From: an uncultured virus (IMG/VR IMGVR_UViG_3300035210_000116)
Taxonomy: Duplodnaviria; Heunggongvirae; Uroviricota; Caudoviricetes
DNA length: 64,000 nucleotides
IMG/VR virus record: IMGVR_UViG_3300035210_000116
Strand: one strand, 5' to 3'
Notes under the pieces: model-generated
Seen by the model: the letters and a program-made list of their open reading frames with translations, nothing else
Database searches by the model: none
What the model was told of the DNA's origin: nothing
Program-made: the position numbers and the translations under genes
Shown: one piece after another, positions 20,827 to 32,800 of the stretch
Position numbering within the stretch: the stretch's first letter is position 1
Layout of the letters: each line of letters opens with the position of its first letter

Positions 20827-21879
20827 ATGGCTAGATCAGATAACTATGATACTACAAATTATGGATGGGGCGGTGATAAAGGATACTTAGCACGCCCAAA
20901 TGGAGGTGTAACTAGTAAACAAAGCGGTCCTGGTGCTCCGTACATGGGGAAAAACAATGTTTATGGAGACTCTGGTCCCGGATTGGCGCGATCCAAGAAA
21001 TATCTACCCGGTGGATCAGGCCCAGGTGCTTCTCCTGCCCCTATGAGTAGTCGCCCGTATGGCAGTGTATCAACGACCCCAAGTTCTACGCCTCCTGGCG
21101 GCGCGGTATCTCCATACGCAGCGCCAAATCAAGGTCCTGATTTTGACCCGTATGGCAATAATCCGAAGCCAGCTGCACCAGCACCAGCACCAGCACAGCC
21201 TCCTGTCCACGCACCAATTCAGGCGAATGTATCAGCTTCAACTAGAGCAGCTATGGCGCAAGGTGCTGCGTATATAGCGAATAATGACAATACGGCCCCA
21301 GCAGCACCAGTACCAGTACCACCTCCAAATCCTACGCCCGCCGCGCAGGCAGCACCACAGGGACCGGCTAGACCAGATCAAGATTACTATAGTATCGAGA
21401 ACCAGGCGGCGAGAATTGGGCAGGAAGGGTGGACTCCGCAACAAGAGCAAGCAGGAGCAGCAGCAGCCTCACGGCAAGGGAATCCGTACCAACCGCTGCA
21501 ACAGGCGGCAGGACCCGCGCCACAGGAGACGTACGGACAACCTCTTAGTGCTAATGACAGAAGCGAGCCGAGTGTTACTTATTCTGATGGACGCCTGTTG
21601 ACTGGTGCTGATTGGCAAGGTGACGCAGGTAGAGCTAGATGGCTTCAGGCTAATCCAGGTACAAGCGATCCAGCGCACGATAACCCGATTAAGTACGCCT
21701 ATAATACAAATTCTGCAGGTAATAATTGGGAACAGTCTGTAGCTGGAGCGCCCGCCAGACCCCAAGGTTATAAACCACTAGGTGCTCCTGCGACAGGGGT
21801 TCTGTCTGAGGAAGAGAAGAACAAGTATGCTAATGCATTGAATCCTTTGCCTATCCAACCAAGATTAGCAGGAAACTAA
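20827..21879 (+). CDS. Low-complexity Pro/Gly/Ala/Gln-rich protein, putative internal virion protein
   Basis: AGGAG RBS; disordered composition; upstream of the giant protein. Confidence 0.6.
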   Translation: MARSDNYDTTNYGWGGDKGYLARPNGGVTSKQSGPGAPYMGKNNVYGDSGPGLARSKKYLPGGSGPGASPAPMSSRPYGSVSTTPSSTPPGGAVSPYAAPNQGPDFDPYGNNPKPAAPAPAPAQPPVHAPIQANVSASTRAAMAQGAAYIANNDNTAPAAPVPVPPPNPTPAAQAAPQGPARPDQDYYSIENQAARIGQEGWTPQQEQAGAAAASRQGNPYQPLQQAAGPAPQETYGQPLSANDRSEPSVTYSDGRLLTGADWQGDAGRARWLQANPGTSDPAHDNPIKYAYNTNSAGNNWEQSVAGAPARPQGYKPLGAPATGVLSEEEKNKYANALNPLPIQPRLAGN

Positions 21880-21935
21880 GGACTTAGTACGGGCGATGTT
21901 TTCTAGTAAGACCGAAGTTTCTAATTACAAACCCG

Positions 21936-21944
21936 TGGTATAAT
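21936..21944 (+). promoter_or_regulatory. Extended -10 promoter element
   Basis: TGGTATAAT preceded by ATTACAAA, as at 36992-37012. Confidence 0.6.
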
Positions 21945-21967
21945 AAAGGACCAACCTGGAGAAAAAT

Positions 21968-23719
21968 ATGAGTATACAAGTAACTAACACTGGCCCGATG
22001 GGGAATCCACGCAATTTGACAACGCCTGTACAACAACCCTATGATCCTACGGTGAATCAAAACAGTTTAGTGCGCCAGCAAGTCACTAGCCAAGGACGTC
22101 AACAAAACGAAGATCTCGCCGCGCGACAAGCGGCTCAGAATAGGCAGCAGACAGATGTAAATGGATGGCAGCGGCCTTATACTACGCCGCGCCCACAGAA
22201 CTGGAAAGCGTCCGATACATTAGCTCCTGGGACGAGAGTCACGGATCCTGCTCCTGTTTATGGCAATACTCCAAGGCAGTTCCCTAACATGTTCCAGCAG
22301 TCTGCGGACGATGCGCAAGCGCGCGTAGATGGTGGTCGCCCAACTGACTACTATAATCCGGAGAATCAGTGGGCTCGTCTCCAGGCGGATGCGCCATTTA
22401 CTGAGTCTGTAGACTATCATAACATGATGAGTAGTGTCCCAGATCGCCCTTCAGAATGGCAGTATGAAACAGATAGTCGTCGCGCAGGTATGCAGGATGG
22501 TTCTGATGTTGTAAAACTCATTAGACAAGGTCGTGTTGACGACAGATATAACAACGCTTGGGATCGTCGTGAGACAGCCCTAGCTAACGTGGGTAACACA
22601 GTTTCTGGTTTCAGAGAGAAGCAGCAAGGTCGCTACTATGATCAGCAGAAAGCTATCGCTGACAGAATCGCCGAGCTACAGCAGTCGGGTATAAAAGCTT
22701 CTGGGTATGTGGCTAATACGACTGAGGCAAACAAAGGTACATTAGCTGTTGCTAACGCGCAGAATATCCCACAACTTGTTGCAGGAAGGCAAGAAGCATA
22801 CTACACAGATCTTGCTTTACGGCAGAAGCGCGCCGAGAGTGTCCCAGGTATGCCGTTACCGGATATAACGCCATTTGATCCTAACTCGCCTTTCGATGTG
22901 AGGAAGGGAACATATTTCAAAGCACCTGGAGTAGCGTCTGGCGCGGCTCCTATAGCCGGAGGACAACCAGGGGGACAGCCAGGGGGACAGCCAGGGGGAC
23001 AGCCAGGGGGGCAACCTGGAGCAAGACAGAACACTCAGCAAAGGCTGAATGCGCAAATGAAGCAGCTTACTGCGCAGATGTCTGATCCCAACATCGACCC
23101 TATGGAACTAAACCGACTAAGTGCTGTTTTTAACAAGATTCGAGGAGATTCCGAACGTATAGTTAATGACGCTGCAGAAGGTGCTGCGATTGAAAAAGAT
23201 CCCACGAAGCGAGCGAACGAGATAGCGCTGATAAAGAACGGAATACGCAATCATCCAGAGATTGACGCCACTGACCCAGCTTCTTGGGGATCGCTCAGTT
23301 TCCAATTGTCCAACCGAGATGCCGTTCCAGCAACAACTTGGGGGACAGACGATGCCGTGGCTTCCTCTAAGTACTACCTCGCACCAGACTCGCAGCAGGC
23401 CGGCTTGGCGCAAAGAATGATGGGGAGTATGCCATGGGAGTGGTGGTCCGATACTCCCAAATTGTGGGATAATAAAAAACTGGTTTTCACAGAAGAAGGT
23501 CTCCCACGATACAAAGACTACGGCAGTCAGATGAGACTTGATTCGGCGGATCGTGCCAGCGGGCGAGACCTCTATACTCAAACCCTGCGGAGACTTCAAG
23601 AAGCAGAAAAAACGCAAGGTGGGAAACTTACTCCGCAGCAGCAGCTTCTAAAGGACGAACTTGATTCTAACTACGCGGGCAGTTACGGACGAAATATGTA
23701 CGCGCCTTGGAACAGATAA
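21968..23719 (+). CDS. Putative internal virion/ejection protein
   Basis: 583 aa, Q/N/D-rich, GGQP repeats; directly precedes the giant protein. Confidence 0.6.
   Translation: MSIQVTNTGPMGNPRNLTTPVQQPYDPTVNQNSLVRQQVTSQGRQQNEDLAARQAAQNRQQTDVNGWQRPYTTPRPQNWKASDTLAPGTRVTDPAPVYGNTPRQFPNMFQQSADDAQARVDGGRPTDYYNPENQWARLQADAPFTESVDYHNMMSSVPDRPSEWQYETDSRRAGMQDGSDVVKLIRQGRVDDRYNNAWDRRETALANVGNTVSGFREKQQGRYYDQQKAIADRIAELQQSGIKASGYVANTTEANKGTLAVANAQNIPQLVAGRQEAYYTDLALRQKRAESVPGMPLPDITPFDPNSPFDVRKGTYFKAPGVASGAAPIAGGQPGGQPGGQPGGQPGGQPGARQNTQQRLNAQMKQLTAQMSDPNIDPMELNRLSAVFNKIRGDSERIVNDAAEGAAIEKDPTKRANEIALIKNGIRNHPEIDATDPASWGSLSFQLSNRDAVPATTWGTDDAVASSKYYLAPDSQQAGLAQRMMGSMPWEWWSDTPKLWDNKKLVFTEEGLPRYKDYGSQMRLDSADRASGRDLYTQTLRRLQEAEKTQGGKLTPQQQLLKDELDSNYAGSYGRNMYAPWNR
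22958..23020 (+). repeat. 12-bp coding tandem repeat (GGQP x5)
   Basis: GGGGGACAGCCA units. Confidence 0.9.
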
Positions 23720-23721
23720 GC

Positions 23722-23825
23722 TGCTATAATGGGGCTCAAAGCAGAACTCCGTTCGACGGTAATCGAACGGAGTTCCTAGACAGTAAACTAGTCAGGAGTT
23801 TAGAGCCATGAAAAGAAGTATAGCA
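23722..23825. promoter_or_regulatory. Leader of the giant gene: extended -10, perfect 13-bp hairpin, opposing -10
   Basis: TGCTATAAT 23722-30; GAACTCCGTTCGA/TCGAACGGAGTTC 23744-75; TGCTATACT on the minus strand 23817-25. Confidence 0.6.
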
Positions 23826-23849
23826 CAACCGGCGCAGGTTATAGAATAA
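23808..23849 (+). CDS. Putative 13-aa leader peptide MKRSIAQPAQVIE
   Basis: AGGAG RBS at 23794-98; its TAA abuts the in-frame ATG of the giant gene. Confidence 0.4.
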   Translation: MKRSIAQPAQVIE

Positions 23850-26800
23850 ATGTCTAATCAAGTCCAGTACGAAAATCCGTTTAGCGACGACCAAGAACTT
23901 GCTGAAAGGTATGCTAAAGGTCGTGCTTCTACTGAAAAGGACAGCGCCTTTCTTGGCGCTCTCCGTGGTGGCGTATCGAGTCTAAAAGGCACGAGTGTAT
24001 CCGCACTTTCAGCTGGAGCGCACGCTATTGGACTCGATAGCGTAGGGTCAAAACTTGACAGGTCTGCTGCGAAAACGATGGCTCAAAGTCAAGGAGAGAG
24101 CTTTCTAACTCCCTCTTTGCAAGACGTTAATAATGCGCAATCTCTTGGTAGGTGGGTAGCAGGGAATATCGCGAGTAACATCCCCCTGTTCGGATCATTA
24201 GCTTTAGGCGGCGCAGCTGGCGGTGTTCTTGGAGCGGCAACGCACGGAAAACGTGGACTAGCTAAGGCTATAGACAAAGCTAATACCAAAGAGCTAGAAA
24301 AAATACTTGAAAAAGACTATGGAGCGTCAGCTTCTACGGCGCGCGCAGCCGAAAACCTAATAAAACCTGCGGACGAAAAAGACTTTCTAAAAAACGCCGT
24401 TTCCGCCGGTCTTTCCCGTGTAACTCTTCGGTCACGTATAGGCAGCGACATCGGTAGCATTTTACCTTATGCTGTCCAAACTAGTGGCGAAAACGAACAG
24501 GCGTATCAAAACGATCCGAATAGTACGGCGACTGAAAAAGAAAAAGCTCGTATGGCCCTAAAATTGGGGCTAGCAGAAAGTATTGTGGGCTCATATGTAT
24601 CTCCTATGGCTGTACTACAACGCTTTACCAAGGCTGAAAAAGCGATCGACAAAGCTGCAAAATACTCTGGTCTTAGTAAGACAGAAAAAAGCAAGATGTT
24701 GGCCAAAGCTGCTGCGAAGGAGTGGCTACACGCCGGAGTCAATGAAAGCGCCACAGAGCTTTTTGAGGATAGTATTTCCCAATGGGGCGGAAGACAGCTC
24801 AATCCGGACTTAGATTATAACGTAGCTCAAGGAATAGAAAGCGGATTAGCTGGTGGCGTAGTCGGCGGCGCGATGGCCTCCCCTGCTGCGCTGTCGGCGA
24901 TGCATCGCGCTCGAAAAACAGCTTTGGATGAAGAAGAACAAGCCTTCGAGAACTCCCCAGAAGGTACTCAGCAAAAGATCGACGCCCTGGACACAGAAGT
25001 CCCGGAAAGTGAGAAAGACTTCACCTTCCACTTGGTGCGTTCGGACCTGCTTCAAACTAAAGCTGTCCGACTGCTCCACACGACGACTGCTAACCCAGCT
25101 GATATCATTCAAACCTTCAAGGACTTGAAAGATGCCCAAGCAGTTGCGCCAACCAATATAAACGATAAGGACAAGTGGATTCACAATATAGCCAGACTGG
25201 AGAAGGCATCCCAGGACCTGCTTGCTGCTCACCCCGTTGAGCTGGCAAGTTTTGCGCATTACGCAGCTACGCCTACAACCCAACCTGGTAGTAAGCCACG
25301 CGGAACTCCCGAGGAAGAGCTTCACATAAATGGTCAGGTTGACAAAGACCTTTTTGTTTCTCTGTTCTTAGCTCAAGGTAACCAGGAGCTTGTTGATTTA
25401 GCCCAAGGAAAGGACAACCTAGATGTCAGTACCGCTCTCCAAGGAAATGATGAAGTAGAGATCGACACGGCTACTAGAGGGCTCGCATTGAAACTACATA
25501 GAATGTATGAAACGATGCTGCACAACCCTGTGGACCAAGAACTGTCAACTAAGTTACTCACTGCTAGGAATGAGTTGTTCGAAAAAACAGGCGTAGTCGC
25601 GATCCCATTCTCACCAGTGGAAAAGAAGGAACAGATTGCTATTTTCACAGCTATAAAGGATACATCCAAAGATCCAAATATACGCGTAGATGCAATAGAG
25701 CGCATAGTTGCTCTTTCTCTTAACGTCCCCGACCATATATCTGACTCGTTAAAACTTGAGGAAAGAACACGAGTGCTTCATCCTGACGTTCTACCAAACT
25801 CGTTCTTTGATACAAACCACACTGAGTCTGATTCTGCTCGCCATAATCGTATCGATAGCGCATATAACATGGCTGAAGCGGCACTTGAAAAGAATCCTGA
25901 TAATCCATTACTTGCTGCGCAAGTTGAAAGACTGAACTCTACTCTCGCACAACTGGAAATTAGCGAAGGAAAAATACGGCCCTCTTCTTCTGAGGAAGTA
26001 TTAAGAACTGAGAAAGTTGAGCTAGAAAGCAAGGGCAAAGAAAACTTGACACCTAGAGAACAGACGAGGCTTCTGCGCATCAACGGTGCGTTGATGCAGC
26101 GTGCGCGCCTAACAGCAAGAGGTAGTACCGTTTCTGATGAGGAAGCAGAGGAACAGCGTAAGAGCGAGACAGTTAAGAAGGTCGAGATACAGGCCAAACC
26201 ACAAGGTTTACCTTCCAACCATGTTTTGAGTTCTTTTCCGGACAAAGCCGACGACAACGCAGAGTTTGGGTACGTTGGAGTTGACAGAAGTGGTTACGCC
26301 ATTATAAAAGGCAAGTCTGGTCTGCGGCAATATAGTATTGTGCGCATTCCGCCGACTATAAACGAACTAATCGGTCAACCTGCCGATAGCGCAAATCCCG
26401 CCATTCCTCCAAAGCCGATATACTTTGGCGGCACAGCTTTGGAATACGGCGAAGCAGCCGAGATGATCGTCAAGGCTCATACGGAAGGAAAGCCACTCGA
26501 TTATAAGGCATTTTACCGTGAGGCTGAAAGGCAATATCATGAATCACGACCTTTGATCCCTCTAGATGGACACACTCCTACGCCTTTAATGGTGCGCAGT
26601 GATTATGAAGGAAATCTCATTCATATACCTAGTGAGAGCGATAGAATTTCGAGAAGGGCGCCTTTTGTCGCTATCATACCTGCTGATCCTACAGGGAAAA
26701 TTGTAATAAAGCACACACGTTCTGGTGTACTTGTTGAAATCCCTGTAAACCTAGAAGATCTTCTGATAATGAAGAAGAAAAAGGCTGATAATAGTTTCAC

Positions 26801-29800
26801 AATGGCCAATGTTAGAGAAGAACTTCCTAATGTTGCCAAGTACAACGATAAACCTATATCAGCAGAGAGTATAGGTGCGGCTCTTGCGGAAGCTAACAAA
26901 AATAGAACCGAAGCTATGGCCTTAGCTGAGGCTGCGGGTGAAGAGTTCGACCCTAACACTCCGGGGACGTTCGTAACTGCAGAAGAAATATTCACTCTCG
27001 CAAGACACTCGTTTGAATTCCGCGGCGAATGGCGTGAAGTTGGAACAGTCGTAGTAAAAAGCGGTGAAGGAGGGGCAGTATTCGCCGAGGAAGCGACAGT
27101 CGATAGTGATTATTATCGCGCTAACCCTATTCTTGCCGAATACAACGCAATACCAGTTAAGATAACGTCCGAACCTGGGCCAGAACACATGCGCCTGGGT
27201 GTAGCAGAGGCGGTTAAGTATTTCTACAACCTATCAGAACGCAAAGTTCTGCTTGGGACCATGGACAACAAACTGTTCTTTGTTACTCCAGAGAAGAGGC
27301 AAGAATTTCTCGACGACTATAAATTACGAGATACCCTTGAGGGCAATATTAACTTCCTTGAACGAATAGGCACCATCTTGAAGAAAGAGAGCGGCGATCG
27401 CAAGATGCACAAGGTAGATCACATTAAGCATCTACTCAACCAAGATGATGGTAAAGGTGGCTTGAAGCATGAGAGCGATGGCACAGTAGGCATAATTGAG
27501 AATGCGGAGTTGACGCAGGGAGTTATGCGCAGATGGGTTACTGACACCAGTGCTCCAAACAGGCGCGGGTATTGGAAAGTAGATAAAGGAATTCTTCGTT
27601 CTCCTTTACAGTTCCGCGACTGGAAACGCGCGATAAATACTGAAACAGGAATGGTTGATCTTAAGGCCCTTGCGGCTTCTGAGACACTAACTGAAGAGCA
27701 ACAGGCGCTTAATGCCGCGCTCCAGTTTGGTAAAAAACAAACAAAAACTACTGATAATGGAGATGCTGCTGAGATTGAGTGGTACCGTATGTTCCCTCCT
27801 GCATCTCAGCGTGGAGGTTCCGTAAACTACCAGCAGATAATGTTTAGTGATAATGATAGAGCCATCGCGTATGCGAAGCAAGATCGTGCGCGCTTAAGCG
27901 GGATATCGAACGCCATTGACGAAATCTATGCTGATAACCCAGAAGTAATAAGAAAAATTGCACTTGGCATGTCTCCAGCTGATCTGATATCTCAAGAAGG
28001 ACCGTTGAAACTGCTGACTCAATTCAAGGCTGATACGTCTCGTGCATATGTATTCGCATCTGAAGAACTGCTTGATGCTCTCATACCACTGGACAAGAAA
28101 GCACTCACCAAGATAAAGGGTGAATTTGCAATTAGATATCAGCGTAAGTATGAAGGTAGTCGATCAGAGTGTCTACTTCTTCCTGAAACATACAACGAAA
28201 TGAATAAGATATGGCGCAAGAGAAACAATGATCGCAATCTGCAAGAAGGCGATATTGTTATTCTTCACCGTGATCCCGCTCTTCCTGACGCTTCCTCCAT
28301 GGCACCGTTTATATTTCGCGGTATAGCTACGTTGCAGAATGACTTTGGTTCTCATAACCGCGGCATCGTTGTTCATTCTAACGCTACAGGATGGGCTGAA
28401 GCAGCAGGCGACTTCGATGGAGACTCCGGTGTTCTCACGTATCCTGATCCAAACTTAATACCGGCCAAGCAGCGCCAAGATACTAACGCTCCTGGAATTA
28501 GTTTCATGAAATATGGCGCGGATAAAGAAGAGCCATACACAAAGTTCATTCCAGTTGGGGCGATAATAGCTTTCACCAAGCCTGGTGATACTGCTGTCAC
28601 GAGAATAGAAATAAATGCTGATAAGTCTAATCTGATAATACCTGATGGCGTGAAGATGACGAATGTAACCATACAAGCCCCTATAATGCAGAGATCAATA
28701 GAGGATGAAACGGGCGGTGTAGCTGAACCTGAGATAATGGGGCACGAAAAAGAAATAGACCTCGTTGGACATATAGCGACTATACGTGCGACGGGCTTCA
28801 GTCAGATGATTGGCAACATAATGAGCCTGGCTCAAAAAGCCGCCGAAATCGGTCTCTTAGATAAACTTGTGTACATTGAAAAAATGGACAGACACGGTAA
28901 CCCTGTTGTCAATAAAGCAACAGGGCTTACAGAAGAGACGCACGTCACTTTTGCCATACTTGCCGCCAAACTCGGGCAGGCTTCTATAAGCGCGAAGAAG
29001 AAAGCGGCTTTTGCCGAACAAGCCATGAAAGCTTATAAGAAGCTCACGGAATTCATCGACGATAATTCTCCCGTTGAACGTGACCCTCAAACTGGCCAAG
29101 TGCTTATGCGTACTATAAAGCACGGTCCAGACAAGGGCAAGCAAGTACCAATAAAAGGTTCTTACTTCATTAAACTTTTCCGCGATATTTCTGATGCACC
29201 AATACGTAGTTCTGAAAGCGCTAAATTGCTCAAAGCTCTCGCGGTAAAAAATGACGCACTTTTCTTTAAACAGAAAGGATATACGCCTCAAGTATTCGTA
29301 AAAGACGGCGCTTCGCCAAAAGGCTACTGGGGTAAACCAGTAACTAAGGATGAGTGTCTTGAAGTAGCTTTTATGGCGGCGCTCAGAGTGCTGCGAAACT
29401 ACAGAAATGACAGATTCCGTACGCTTGAGGATATTCTCAGATCGACCGATAAATCTCCGGAGGTAACGAGTCTTCAGCTGCAGGCGAGAGCTTTAACAAT
29501 CGAACTACGCAAAACAATTGATCCAGTCATAGCCAAAGAACTAAAAACACCTTTCGCTGTACTACAACATACCATCAAATACTACGGCGGCGGAATCGAG
29601 GCTATTATCGACCCAGCAGGCGCTATAGGTTCCACATGGTATGCTCTTAAGCCAGAGTTAAAGAATTCACCAAACTATTTTGATAATACTCCTTCAATGC
29701 ACATAGAGCTTGCTTGGCGCACCATAGTGCTCAAGAAAATATTCACGGCAATTGATTTGTTCAGTTCAGGCGGTTTTAACGAAGCACTAAGCGCCGCGGC

Positions 29801-32800
29801 AGTAAAGCTATCAGAAGAATCTGGAAAAAATAATCCGACCGTACATGAATACCTTAGACGGACGAATGAGTACTATAGATATCTTTCCAATAAACGCCAA
29901 GACTTGGATACTATAGATGATAGACAAGAGATAGAGAGCTATCTTAATGAACGGTCCATCCTTAATAGCCAGCTAAAATACTACTATAACCTGAACGTTT
30001 TGACGGGGTCCCAGCTCATCGCGTATGGCCCGCAGGCAATGGCAGCAAGACTAATAACGATTCCAGAACTGGAAAAGATAGCGTCCTTAGCCAAGAACGC
30101 TGGTACTTTCAGAATGTCCGTTACAGTCGCTGATAAGGCCGGAAATAAGCTCCTAACTAGTGACATAATTCCTGGTATCTACAAAGCGGCCGACGACGGG
30201 AGTTTCACGCTTGTAAGAAATCTCGACAATACCGCTGAACCTGGTTCGATCAAACTACAACGATACCGTGAACCAGGGACAAAAAACAAGATAGCCTATG
30301 ATGCAGTCGACCCACTACCTCAAATGAGGGAGATGAGTGATATACGGCTTGGTGCTAAGGATGAAGTTATCATAATCCCACTCGACCCAACTACTGGGGC
30401 GACACGTCAGGTCCAGGTAAACACTCTTTCAGCTACTAATGAAACCGTCGTTAAGGCACAAGCCGAAGCTAAAGCGCAAGCTGGCGATATGGAAATTGCC
30501 TTCAGCACATGGCCAGCTATGCCAGCATCTGATGTCAATACCAGACCAGGTGAACCACACCTCAGTGATGCGCAGAGATTATCGCAGGCCATAACAGATC
30601 CAGCCGTAGCTAGTGGAGCAAAACCTTTCCCCTTAGCGCCGCGTGTGTATGAGGATAATCTAGGTAAATGGTATGCCACGTTTGTTGAAAGAAAGAGCAG
30701 GAACGAACCAGACTACAGAAAAATACTAATCAACAAGGTCTACCACTATTTTAGAGTAGAACGCGTAGAGCAAGCTCCGAGACGTGGTGCTGATATCAAG
30801 CAGCCTTGGGTTACATACCTTGGCACAGATTACAACACAGCTTTGAATACTGCGTATGCCGGTGGATCGCTTCCAACCGTAACAAGAGCTAATTTTGATA
30901 GAGAAAAGAAGCTGAAGCAACAAGAAATTGCCAATATGCCGCTTCGCAAGGCAATTTCCGATTACGTTGCTTCCATATCCACAAAAGCAGAAAACGCGCC
31001 TACAGTTGCTGAATATAATACACTGCTTGGCCTGCTCGACCCGAGCACTTTCACGAGAGGGGGCGAGTTTAAGGCCCTTTATGATAGAATAGTAGAATTT
31101 CTTCCTAGGGTAATCGTATCTCGCGAGACTGGTAGAGTGCTTAGCAGGGAGTCCGACAAAGAAAAAGCCAAAAAGAAGCGCCAGGAGCTTTATCCAGACC
31201 TGCTTAATCCTGCCCAAGAACTTGCGGCAGTTAAGTTTTTTGTGGCTGAAGCCGCTAGATTAGCAGCCACGATAGAACCGGTCAAGAGTGCTGATCCAAG
31301 TCTTGTAAGAAACCAGATTAAACTCACTCTTCCAGCAATCTATGATGACTTAAGCTCTGATAGATATTCATATAACGAGGCGCGTGTAGCCAGAGATATG
31401 GAGCGTTCTAGTCGAGCTACGACTTTTATAGGAAGCCACGATGGTACAGCGTGGGCTGCGCACTACGCTAGTCTGTGGGGCAACAAAGTAAATACTGGGC
31501 AATATACCAAGGACGACATTGTTTTCGTTGTAGTAAATAGTCCTAGACTTGATGGAACGCACTTTAATGACGACACAGCTGAAGCGCATCACATAAAGAA
31601 ATGCATCGAGGAAGCTGCTAAAGCAGGCGCTAAGTTCCTGTTCCCGAATATAAAACTTCTTTTGGCAGTGTCTGAAGATCGCGCCAAGGCGAGAGTAACA
31701 GGTAAACCAGCCACCAAGCTGGAGTATGCCGGTGAGTACGACGCGGCCACATTCCTAAATAAACTTGGGCTGGGTTACGCTATACCGACTGAAAAATCTG
31801 CTGATCCAACTCTTTGGGAGAAGGCTGAAACCGGTGTAAAGGCGAGTTCGTTGTTTAGTGCTAACGCAGACGCGGCTATAAATCTTGACCCTGATCCACA
31901 TGCTACCAACTCTTTGGCTCACGTTGAATTACGTACCATGAACTCTGCACAAACTACTGCGGAGTTACAGAATGCGACGGACAGTCTTGGCTTCCTTGTA
32001 GGACACGCAGGAAAAACACCAAAACTGATAAACGCAGAACTTATGTATGATGCACTGATACGAACTGGCATTCAGAAGAATATAGACCTTGCTGGGCAAA
32101 TACTCGAATACGCTAGAACACAAGGTAGAAAAACCTGGGCCGATGAGAAAGGTGTCGTCCATACTAGAAAGGGTAGATTCGGAACAGGTACTCGTGGGGT
32201 AATGCTCCCGCAGTCGGATGGTACTGTATTTATCTATGTCGCAGGTGGAAAGCATGATACGAAAGCTGCACAACTTGGTATTTTGGCGCACGAGCTCGGT
32301 CACTGGTTGATTGATGCTGAGTGGGCCCACCTAAATGATATTGGTGGCAACAAGGTACTAGCCGCTAAGATACGCGCTGCTGCCCTTGCGCACATGAGCA
32401 AGAAGAACATACCAGTTAGTGAGGCTGCATTCCATGAATGGTGCGCCGATAATATAGCTTCTTGGATTACGACTAATCCCGTTGTTCGTTCCGGCATGGA
32501 CACATGGTTCAAGAGAGTAGCCGATAACCTAAAGCGCATGTGGTCTAAAATAAGGGAGCTATTTGCTGGAGTTGAAGGACGCCAGACTGATGGAACCAAC
32601 ACCTTCCCGAAAGCTGATGCCAACGTCGAAGAGTGGATGAACAGTCTGCTTAAGCTGAAGGATCCACAAGAGGTTGTGTTGGCATATGGTCCCGACAATC
32701 CAAGCGGTTCCGCTAGCACTATAAGCATAGTAGACAGAATCGCACAGCGAAAAGTTCGTCTTAAGAGATGGGCAGATACTGGAAATATGGACATTCAGGC

